Assembly: GCA_013115125.1 (NCBI GenBank)
Contig: JABANN010000340.1
Span: 1 to 37,399, forward strand
Direction of reading: 5' to 3'
Source: Perkinsus olseni
Taxonomy: Eukaryota
Length of the DNA stretch: 37,399 nt
The notes under the pieces were generated by a model. The model searched no databases, was not told the DNA's origin, and saw nothing but the letters and a program-made list of their open reading frames with translations. Each line of letters opens with the position of its first letter. Position 1 is the first letter of the stretch. Below, piece after piece: positions 1-11,131 of the stretch. The position numbers and the translations under genes are program-made.

Positions 1-141
1 ATCATAGCACTAGACCACACAACCGTGAACATAGTTGGTACCAGAGCGAGTTTGAGGGAGGCGTTCCGTCGTCGGGGCGCAGGTAAATTTTTCCCGACCC
101 GTCGTATTTTACCAGGATATGGAGGAAGGGTCGCTTAGATG

Positions 142-213
142 GGGCTGTGCCGAGAATTGAACTCGGAACCTCTCGCACCCTAAGCGAGAATCATACCACT
201 AGACCACACAGCC
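142..213 (-). tRNA. tRNA-Pro(AGG)
   Basis: Reverse complement GGCTGTGTGGTCTAGTGGTATGATTCTCGCTTAGGGTGCGAGAGGTTCCGAGTTCAATTCTCGGCACAGCCC is a 72-nt cloverleaf with A/B boxes and anticodon arm CTCGC-TTAGGGT-GCGAG. Confidence 0.93.
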
Positions 214-328
214 GTGAACAAAAGTGGTAGCAGAGCGAGTTTGAGGGAGGCGTTCCGCCGCCGGGCGCAGGTAAATTTTTCCCGACCCGTCGTATTTTAC
301 CAGGATATGGAGGAGGGGCGATTAGATG

Positions 329-400
329 GGGTTTTGCCAAGAATTGAACCCGGGACCTCTCACACCCTTAGCGAGAATCATACCACTAGACCCCACAGCC
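329..400 (-). pseudogene. Degenerate tRNA-Pro(AGG) copy
   Basis: Acceptor 3' strand is CAAAACC (mispairs with GGCTGTG), U33 is changed to A (TAAGGGT), and the anticodon stem has a C-to-T change. Confidence 0.75.
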
Positions 401-515
401 ATTGGTAAAGTTGGTACCAGAGCGAGTTTGAGGGAGGCGTTTGGTCGTCGGTCACAGGAAAATTGTCCTGACTCGTCGTATTTTACCAGGATATGGAGGA
501 AGCGTCGCTTATATG

Positions 516-585
516 GGGCTGTGCCGAGAATTGAACTCGGGACCCCTCGCACCCTAAGCGAGAATCATACCACTAGACCACACAG
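516..585 (-). pseudogene. tRNA-Pro(AGG) copy with its 5' GG and leader deleted
   Basis: Body is near-intact, but the plus strand reads cacag|gaaaattgtcc instead of cacagcc, a junction into mid-spacer sequence. Confidence 0.75.
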
Positions 586-643
586 GAAAATTGTCCCGAC
601 TCGTCGTATTTTACCAGGATATGGAGGAAGCGTCGGTTATATG

Positions 644-715
644 GGGCTGTGCCGAGAATTGAACTCGGGACCTCTCGCACCCTAAGCGAGAATCATACCA
701 CTAGACCACACAGCC
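644..715 (-). tRNA. tRNA-Pro(AGG)
   Basis: Consensus 72-nt copy with paired acceptor, anticodon and T stems. Confidence 0.93.
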
Positions 716-831
716 GTGAACAATGTTGGTACCTGAGCGATTTTGAGGGGGGCGTTCCGCCGCCGGGCGCAGATAAATTATTCCCGACCCGTCGTATTTT
801 ACCAGGATATGGAGGAAGGGTAGCTTAGATA

Positions 832-903
832 GGGCTGTGCCGTGATTTGAACTCGGGACCTCTCGCACCCTAAGCGAGAATCATACCACTAGACCACACA
901 GCC
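832..903 (-). tRNA. tRNA-Pro(AGG), one T-stem mismatch
   Basis: 72-nt copy whose T arm CCGAG-TTCAAAT-CACGG has one mispair. Confidence 0.8.
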
Positions 904-1020
904 GTGAACAAAGTTGGTATCAGAGCGAGTTTGGGGGGGGGCGTTCCGTCGTCGGGCGCAGCTGAAAATTTCCCGACCCGTCGTATCCTAGCAGGGCATG
1001 GAAATAAGGTGGATTAAATG

Positions 1021-1083
1021 GGGCCGTACCGAGAACTGAACTCAGGAGCTCTCGCACTCGAATCATATCACTAGACCACAGCC
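1021..1083 (-). pseudogene. Terminal tRNA-Pro relic
   Basis: Recognisable T arm and D arm remnants, with the anticodon region deleted (ctcgcactcgaatcat) and many substitutions. Confidence 0.85.
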
Positions 1084-1392
1084 GCGGATAAATTAGTTCT
1101 TACTACGAACTTCTTAGGGTAGGTGGCACTCCTCGTATGCGTCTCTCCCTAGAAGACAAGTCGGAGAGAGGAATTCGATCAGCTGCTGCTATGTGTTTCG
1201 CATCACTTTGCCCTGTTCTCCTCGTGAAATTCCCGAGGCGACCTCATCCTGCCACACGCGTTTTAGACTTTCGCGCTCTAGCCTCACGCGTAATCCGACT
1301 AGGATTATCCGAGTTGAGGTGCTAGACCCGCGTCAAGCAGTAGGCTCGCATGATTCCAGAACAGATCATACCACAATACAGCACGCCCGACG

Positions 1393-2798
1393 ATGTCTAC
1401 TATCCAGGGTTTTCTTGAAGGGTACTTCAGGACTTCTTCTCAGAGCTACGGCGGGTGCATGATGAACCTGCCATAGCCCTCCGAAAATATCACGCACTAT
1501 TTCTAGTACGCTGGCTGTTGGCTTCCGATTCGGAAGCTCTGAAGCATAGATAGGATCTTCTTCCCGCTGAGTTGGAGATTTTCACGATAAATCTCCGCTT
1601 GACAGCGCGATAGAATAGGCTAAAGTCTATGCTGAGTGACATGCCGAGACCTCAGGTCGGTCATCTTCAAGATTGCGACGGAATCTCGACTTGGTGCTGA
1701 ACGCGCCGGATGTCAGCCGGGTGGAGTTCGATTGTCAGAATGATACACAGGATGTAGCTGATTGACAGATACACTGTCGCATTGAAGTGTGGGATATCCC
1801 GGAAATGAACGGCAAGAGTTACAAAGTGGTCGCCTTTGACGAGGGAAGTTACTCAGGTGTGTTTCACCATCTCACCAGTCACGTGCACGCTCGGCTACAG
1901 CCATCGTTTGCAGTTAGAATCGTAGACGGTACGGTAGCGAATCTTTATCGGGCATCTGGTCAATATCAGATCGAGCGGGCAAATAAAACTGTTGTTGCTT
2001 TGGCGATCCCGTCATCCTACAGCAACACGTAGCATAGAGCCCGTGGAAGGTACTTCAGTGGATGGCATACCTATTCGGCGAGGTAAAGGGAGGAGGCTGC
2101 TGCCAGGGTCGTACTTGAAGATTGGAGACAGGGAGTTGTGGGCCCTCGAGTAAGGCTTCTCTTGTTCTCTCCCTAATACCGCCTCAGGCACCATAGACGG
2201 ATTGTGTTCTCGAGCTCGTCGGGTGGTGTCGGACCCAGTGGTGTCGGACCCAGTACTTCTCGTGTCCCTTCAGCCCTACTCTAGGTACAATTCATCCGGG
2301 CTCAATCGCCGACCCGTGAGCAACGTTGAGTCGAATCCCCCCTATGCGAGCGCTGCCGGGCAGCAGAAGCCGGCAGCTAGGGCCAACAACCGCTGCGTGT
2401 GGACCAGAGATTACACGGTTGACAGGAGTTGGTAATGCAAATGGTTCTCAGACTCCGGGTGAGCCTTTCCTCCCAGCACTGCGGAGGACCTACAAAGATG
2501 CGTCTCGACACAGGCTGTTGAAGAGTGGATGAGGGAGTAATGAAGGTTGGGGCTCCTGGTCTTGCCAAGGGGCCCCTGCGGCAGCCATTTCCGGACAGTA
2601 CTCCCTAACAACATGCGGCGTCTCAGGAACGTCTACACCCGCAATTGGGAGTATAACCAAGAAGATGCCGCGCGGATGCGTCTTCGCAGTTTCCGCATTT
2701 TCGATGAACAGAGGGATCCAAAGAACTGTGTTTCTCAGCGGATTATAGTCCGGAAGAAAGACACTGATGGTGCGAATGAGCGACAGTCTTGCCCGTAA
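1393..2798 (+). pseudogene. Possible degenerate multi-exon gene of unknown product
   Basis: Exon-like, GT/AG-bounded segments (VLQDFFSELRRVHDEPAIALRKYHALFL; IHCRIEVWDIPEMNGKSYKVVAFDEG; PSFAVRIVDGTVANLYRASG; NMRRLRNVYTRNWEYNQEDAARMRL). The linking frame has stops at 1568, 1616 and 1637. No family recognised. Confidence 0.3.
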
Positions 2799-3008
2799 AC
2801 CAAGTACTGGTCTCATCTACGCTCAGAATCTTCGAAGAGGCTCCAAGAAGGCCTACTCGGACTCACAGTAGGCTGTGTCATAGAGTGCGAGATAGAACAA
2901 GTCATGCACTGATGTGATGGTATGAGCCCAAGATGTCCACCAGGGGAAACGGAATTGTGTTCAAGTATCTCTGAAGGAGGGCGATTGAGCGGCAACCAAA
3001 CACTGTAA

Positions 3009-4944
3009 CTAAGACGCTGCATGAGTATCATCAACGTGTCTGTAATTCATGTCCATGGCTTGCAGGCGACAGCAGCCTTGAATGGCCGCTCTGCAACGTC
3101 AAGGGTGCCTCTGTCGTCAAATGTCGCGACTTACTGCACTGCTGGATCGAGCCGCGTAAACTTTACGAAGGCTCCTCTCCTTGTCGTCTTCATTGATACT
3201 CCCTCGAGTACCTCCACAAAGAGAAGAATCCCCGATCGGCAGATCATCATCCATCCCACCCGCTCTCCGTGCGTCCAAGCCACGCTGCACCGAGTCCATC
3301 CCCTTGCGCATGATGGCTGCCAGAGAGTGTGGATCGGTTGAGTCCTCTAGGAGATGCCTCGAAAGAATATAACAGAATGTTTGGGAGTGCTAATAGACCT
3401 CTCAAGAATTCCAAGAGGGCTCCCAGAATTGAATTCAAGGTGTAAGTGATCATCTTGGGTGCGCTCTCGAAACTCAGGAGAGGCCGTCTATGGCACACGG
3501 TCTACAACGTGAAGCTGCTCACTCAGCGATCAGCCTCAGTCCCTGCTCGTAGCAGTTGATCGCTGCGGAGGCGTTGCCCGTATACCTGCGGCCACCCGTG
3601 AGTTGACGCCAACGGTGACGCCAACGGTGACGCCTCACTCATATTCCACCGCCATATGCTGATACGCCGTACACAGAAGGACAACGCGCTCACGGAAGTC
3701 CGATGATGAGGATGCTGGGGGACCGTCGTCGAAAGAAGCCTGAAGCCGAGTTCAGGACCGCACCAGCATGGAACAGTTTCGCGTAGCAGGCGACAGTGCT
3801 ACAGAGGATCCCTCAGCCTGCCCCTCCGCCGTTCCACTAGCATCATCGTTCCCTGCCACACTCGAGCCGTGTACCTATAAAAATCTGTCCCTAACTCCAA
3901 TCAAGACTCGTGCTGTACTGGTAGCTCTATTATGCTGCTGGGAATCGACCGTGCTCCTGTCTTCACTCTGTTATTCTTCTTCTCATATGCTTGCTTCGCG
4001 TGCAGATCCCTAGTAATGACCTCATAGAGCTTGATGGCGGCCTCAGAAGCGTACAACATGGCCTCAAGGTGCCTGAGACACATCGTCGCTTCGCTAGTGA
4101 CCCGCAGCACCTCCTGGCGTACTTTCCCAACCGCGATTGAGTTGCCGATAAATTCAACCGTGTGCGGGCCTCCTGGTCCGGGTACTCTAATGCCAAAGCC
4201 TTCTCGAAGTACCTGAAACAATACAGCGGCAGATGGACAGCGACCCAGTAGGCTACTTCAATGCAGTGCGCAGCTTTCCACAGGCTCGACAGTACAACCC
4301 GACAGTGTTGTACCTGCAGGCGTCGTCAGCATGACCACAAGTGGACCCTCCACTACGTTAGACTGCGTTCCCGGAGTGTGCCTAGTGCTTCACTAAGATC
4401 TTCAGCACGTTCAAGTACGTCAGTAAAGGACCTGTAGGGACTGTCGGGCGGAGCTATTGGAGCCTGAGGAGCTTGATAGACATTCCAAAGAGGGACTGCA
4501 ATAGCCGCAGGTACCGCGCATCCAAGTCTGGACGGCCGTGTTGCACTCAAGGCAGAGGTCTCGCATGGCCGCCATAACCTGAGTACATCTAGAAAGTAGT
4601 GCTGATGTGAGGAGGTCACCTCGGGATGAGAATCAGGCAGAGCGGCCCGCCTCATTCGGAGGGACTTCTCGAGTACTACCAGCAGACGGAAGTGGTCAAC
4701 CGGGTAGGCCCTCTCTGAAAGCAGCAGACCCTCAGCTCCCAAGGTTCCTCAAGGGCAGAAATCAGTGGCAAAGGAACGTCCTCATTACTGACAACAGCGA
4801 CCTCATTATCAATATCCTCGAAAGCCTCCAGAGACGAGCCTGGCTGAAGCTCTTCAGACATGACGAATCGGTGTTACCCTGCGGCGGACGACTACGACTT
4901 TCAAGACACTCGACGACTACCAGCATGCGGTCCATCGAAGGCAT
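3009..4944 (-). CDS. TPR-like repeat hypothetical protein (multi-exon; ends approximate)
   Basis: Spliced segments LEKSLRMRRAALPDSHPEV (kinesin light chain-type TPR motif) and LCTAYQHMAVEY|YTGNASAAINCYEQGLRLIAE (TPR helix pair), with clear acceptors such as ttttatag|GTACAC at 3875. Confidence 0.55.
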
Positions 4945-4994
4945 GACAACTAAACACCGTTAATGGTGATAGAAACAGTAGATGGTAACAGACG

Positions 4995-6023
4995 TTATTG
5001 GATGGTAACCCGAGAATGGCCGCCGAACATACCCTTGATGAGCTGATCGATGGTCTCGTCATCGAAGTCGCAGGCCTCAGCGGGGATGCCAGTGTCCACA
5101 TGAGGCCCGTCCAGATCCTGAGGTGCCATGAAGTGCGCCAACTTCTCGATGGGTTTATAGCGGAGCTTTCGGCCTTTGGATGCCCTTCGATCAACAACTC
5201 CCTTGTGTAACTGGACGCCCCGCTCGAGTTTCTTCCCAGCTCCGCCGCTACCATCTCTTGAGCTCACTACATCCTTAAGCATGAGTGCATACAGCCCAGA
5301 ATCATCATACACCTCAAGGTCAGCAGCGTTCGGATCCTCGTCGACCTCTTCATTCCACCGAGCCCCGATTCTAGTGCCGTAATGACCCTTCCGAGGATGG
5401 CATCTGGCCGCTTGGTCGGCACTCTCAAGCTGACGGCCAAGGGACCTGTCGAAGGCCTTGAACTTCGTCTTATTGCCACCGAGCGAGGTCTTCTCCTGCC
5501 ACTCCTCGGCCACCGATAAACAGAACGAGTTTACAGCGTCATTCATCGGCTTCATAAGCTCGTCCCACTCCTTCTCATCAGAAACCCTGTCCCTGTCCGT
5601 CTCGCCGAGGGTCCGGGCGAGCTCCTGGAGTTCGGGTATCTTCTCGGCGGCATCAAGCTGCAGCTTCAGGAGACTTCGTGCGACGTCATCCACGGCAGAG
5701 TCGTCGATCTCTTCTCCCTGCAGGTCATCCTTGAAAGCACGAGGGGGCAGCCTGGCAGAGTCTGCAAGGAGAGGCTGCAGCTTGATCCGAGTGGCCAGTG
5801 CCTTATCCCAAGCATCGAGAACGGCTACAGCCTGCTTGGGCGCCTCGACGTCCTGGATCTCCTGTGCAGTGCTGACTAACTTGATGTCCGACAGCTGTCG
5901 CTCAATGTCTTCAGGAATCTGCCCACCGACGCCCACCGGGCTGAGATCATCCCCAGAGTCGAAGGCCTCTTCATCATCACTCGTTATACTGGCTATCGAG
6001 GCGATCTCGCTGTCGTCGCTCAT
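4995..6023 (-). CDS. AATF: AATF/Bfr2 (TRAUB-domain) SSU processome factor, intronless, 342 aa
   Basis: Acidic N-terminus MSDDSEIAS... and the C-terminal AATF motifs YDDSGLYALMLKDVV and VDRRASKGRKLRYKPIEKLAHFMAP. Confidence 0.88.
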   Translation of the reverse strand: MSDDSEIASIASITSDDEEAFDSGDDLSPVGVGGQIPEDIERQLSDIKLVSTAQEIQDVEAPKQAVAVLDAWDKALATRIKLQPLLADSARLPPRAFKDDLQGEEIDDSAVDDVARSLLKLQLDAAEKIPELQELARTLGETDRDRVSDEKEWDELMKPMNDAVNSFCLSVAEEWQEKTSLGGNKTKFKAFDRSLGRQLESADQAARCHPRKGHYGTRIGARWNEEVDEDPNAADLEVYDDSGLYALMLKDVVSSRDGSGGAGKKLERGVQLHKGVVDRRASKGRKLRYKPIEKLAHFMAPQDLDGPHVDTGIPAEACDFDDETIDQLIKGMFGGHSRVTIQ

Positions 6024-6106
6024 AGGATAATGACAACTACACCTCGCTCCCTGCACACCCACCATTACGACACTCGAACACAAAAACGAGGCTTTGGAAG
6101 AGACAC

Positions 6107-8231
<2,125 letters not shown>

Positions 8232-8705
8232 GACCGCTTTCCGTTATGCCCTCCGTGCGGTATCCTACGCCGTATCGATCGGATTGGCGCGCGCTAATCA
8301 CCAGCCATGGATTGGAGTCGCCGCCGAGGGTTACTTAGCGTGTAGCTGACCTTGCTTGGCACTGAGGTTGATCACTCTCGCAACCCATGGCCGACCTCTT
8401 CGTAGCAGCACCCCTCGGCGAAGCGGTGGATATGCGGTTGTTGTGCTGCCATTCTCTTATTTCTCTATTGCCGCTTGTGCGAGGCTGCTGTGTCGGGTTA
8501 AGCTTTACAGCTCCGTCGGCTGAGCGCACTTGGTTACTCCTGAATTATAGCTTGATCCTTATCGGCTCGTGTGAGAGTATCATCCGTGATGAGCATATCT
8601 TTGGGTCGTCATGGTAAGATTCAAAGTAGGTTGGATCGCAGTCCGGTGGCGGCTACACTTGAAATAGAATGTCACTGTGATTCTGATAGCTTTTCTTTTT
8701 CGATC
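8232..8705. promoter_or_regulatory. Divergent intergenic region (strand switch) between KATNAL2 and iPGAM-1
   Basis: Position between head-to-head ATGs at 8231(-) and 8706(+). A pyrimidine-rich run (tagcttttctttttcgatc) lies just before the iPGAM ATG. No specific element identified. Confidence 0.4.
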
Positions 8706-10699
8706 ATGTCTAACGAGTATACTCTCAAGCATCTCCCCAACTACAACGGTAGCCAGGGTCCCCTTCTTACCATCGTTCTCGATGGCTATGGACTCGGACG
8801 TCAGGATGACAGCGATTGCGTCCATCTTGCTGACCCCACCTACATGGAGAAGCTTGCCAGCGATGTAAGTTCGCGTGGGGTCGTCGTCACCTCTTGAGTG
8901 CCTTGTCACACCACCTGTGGTTTTCCAAAGTGGATTTCGTCGCTCTTTAGGCTCAAGCCAAGAATCTCTACTGCAGCTTGAAGGCTCACGGTACCGCCGT
9001 TGGCCTCCCCAGCGACGGCGACATGGGAAACTCCGAAGTCGGCCATAACGCTCTTGGTTGCGGTCAGTTGGTTGCTCAGGGTAAGCATCTTGCAGTCGGT
9101 CTATCGCGATCACTGTGATTTTGCCAGGTGCTAAGCTCGTCGCCAACTGCCTCGATGATGGCTCTCTCTTCAAGTCCAAGAACTTCACTCACATCGTTGA
9201 TGAACTCAAGGACGGCACTGGACGCACTCTCCACATGTTCGGTCTTCTCTCTGATGGTAACATCCACTCCCACATCGCTCATGTCGAGAAGATCATGAAG
9301 GAGGTCGCCAAGGAGGGTGTCACCGATGTTCGTCTCCACATTCTTACTGATGGTCGTGATGTCGGAGCCATGTCTGCCCCCACCTACGTCGAGCGCATCG
9401 AGAAGTGCCTCGCCGAGTGCGGTCCCAACTTCAAGATCGCCTCAGGTGGCGGACGTATGCAGGTCACTATGGACCGTTACAACTCCGATTGGAACATCGT
9501 CAAGAGAGGTTATGATGCTATGTGCTTCGGTATCGTTGACCCTGCCATCAACCCCGAGTGCGCCAAGGGCTGGACTGGTATGTACAAGGACGCTACCACC
9601 GCCATCATGGAGTGCCGCAAGATGTTCCCTGAGAAGACTGATCAGAACTACCCTCCCTTCGTCATTGTTGATGAGAACGGCAAGCCTGTCGGACCCGTTA
9701 AGGACGGCGATGTTGTCATCTGCTTCAACTTCCGTGGTGACCGTTCCATCCAGATCAGTCGTGCCTTCACTGAGCCCAACTTCGACTGCTTCGATCGCCG
9801 TAACGCCCCCAAGGTTGACTACTACGGTATGTTGATTTACGATAACGACCAGATGATCCCCAAACAGTCTCTTGCCCCCAACCCGGATATCACTCACGTC
9901 TTGTCCGAGTACATGTTGGCCCAGGGCATCAAGATGTACGCCTGCGCCGAGACTCACAAGTTCGGTCACGTCACCTTCTTCTGGAATGGCAACCGTTCTG
10001 GCTACCTCGACCCCAAGATGGAGCTCTACGAGGAAGTCACTTCCGAGTCGAATGACGCCATCCAGTACAACCCCGCAATGAAGGCCCGCGAGGTCACCAA
10101 CAAGGTTGTCTCCGCCATTGAGAAGGACGACTTCAAGTTCTACCGTGTTAACATCGCCAATGGTGATATGGTTGGCCATACCGGTCTTATCCCCCAGACC
10201 ATCGAGACCGTCAATGTCATCGACGAGTGCGTGAAGAAGATGGTTGAAGCCGTAAGTTCGGGTGGCCGCTGGTTGGACCTCATGGGATCGAAATCGCCTC
10301 TAGTCGGTCTGTATCGTACGTGACGGTATTGTATGTTGTCGTAGGTCACCGCTCGTAACGGTATCGTTGTGATCACCGCCGATCACGGTAACTGCGAGGA
10401 GATGAAGGACAAGAAGGGCAACATCAAGACCAGTCATACTCTCAACGCTATTCCCTTCATCATTGTTGATCCTAACTGTAAGTGGAAAGTCTTCTCCAGC
10501 TTATCATACTCGCGTGGCGCTTGCGATTTCTTTTTTCACCTCAGGCAACGGCAAGTACGTCGTTGACCCCACCGAGGATCCCAGCAGTATTGTGGAGCCG
10601 GTTGCCGGTATCACCAACGTTGCCGCTACTCTTTGCAATCTTCTCGGTTACGAGCAGCCTTCCTTGTACCGCAAGTCTCTCCTCAAGTTCCAAGAGTAG
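8706..10699 (+). CDS. gpmI: 2,3-bisphosphoglycerate-independent phosphoglycerate mutase, copy 1; exons 8706-8864, 8951-9080, 9128-10251, 10345-10477, 10545-10699
   Basis: Motifs [32 protein letters not shown] (catalytic Ser), [68 protein letters not shown]. All introns are GT-AG and in frame. Confidence 0.96.
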
Positions 10700-11131
10700 A
10701 TTACTGATGATAGTTGATGAATAATGAGGTCGTGGCCCAGCGCTCTTCTGAGGCGTCTCTAGTAGGAAGAGTCTCATTTCTTGCTGGGCGACCGTACGTC
10801 CCTTTCTTATGGGAGATATTGATACGATCATGCTGCTAGGTATCTTAGCTCCATGCTTGTTTCTCGAGGTTTCTCTTACTGTCTAGGACAAAATGAGTAC
10901 TGTGCGACACTTCTCAGTGAGAAGTCGCTAGAAGTGCTAATCTCGTTCAGAGAGCAATCCAATAATCTTGTCGAGTTTTTCAATTGCGTGGGGTTGGCGG
11001 CGTTCGTGAGCGAATCGGTGTGTTAGGCTGATTGCATTCGCCAGCTTAGCGCTCTGACTATCGGTGGATGTACAGGGAGAAGTTTTGTTTGTAGAGACGT
11101 AACGCCTTAGACGTTGATTAGCCAACTTGTA

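Larger units (their letters stand above)
1..1083 (-). repeat. Tandem array of tRNA-Pro(AGG) gene + ~115 bp spacer units (continues beyond the left edge)
   Basis: tRNA 5' ends fall at about 24, 213, 400, 587, 715, 903 and 1083 (spacings 189/187/187/128/188/180). Spacers share gagcgagtttgagggaggcgttc...cccgacccgtcgtattttaccaggatatggagg. Confidence 0.95.

Noticed and set aside
139-142. Genomically encoded CCA on the tRNAs
   Set aside because: The sequence after the acceptor stem is C-C-A, which is the discriminator plus CA, one C short of N73-CCA.
214-685. ORFs over the tRNA array
   Set aside because: Chance translations of tRNA and spacer repeats.
1-1083. CRISPR-like repeat-spacer array
   Set aside because: The repeats are tRNA-Pro genes and the spacers are homologous to one another. 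There are no cas genes and the context is eukaryotic.
3604-3634. 12-bp tandem repeat (tgacgccaacgg x2.5), plus (gga)n at ~34533-34553 and (gat)n at ~33977-33992
   Set aside because: Short slippage repeats within predicted introns, with no evidence of function.
1137-4900. Retrotransposon targeted next to the tRNA array
   Set aside because: No RT, integrase, gag, LTR or TSD features seen. The 3009-4944 part is better explained as a spliced TPR-like gene.
9442-10179. 245-aa antisense ORF (also 5458-6030 and 12338-12811)
   Set aside because: Shadow ORFs caused by codon bias of the iPGAM and AATF genes on the opposite strand.
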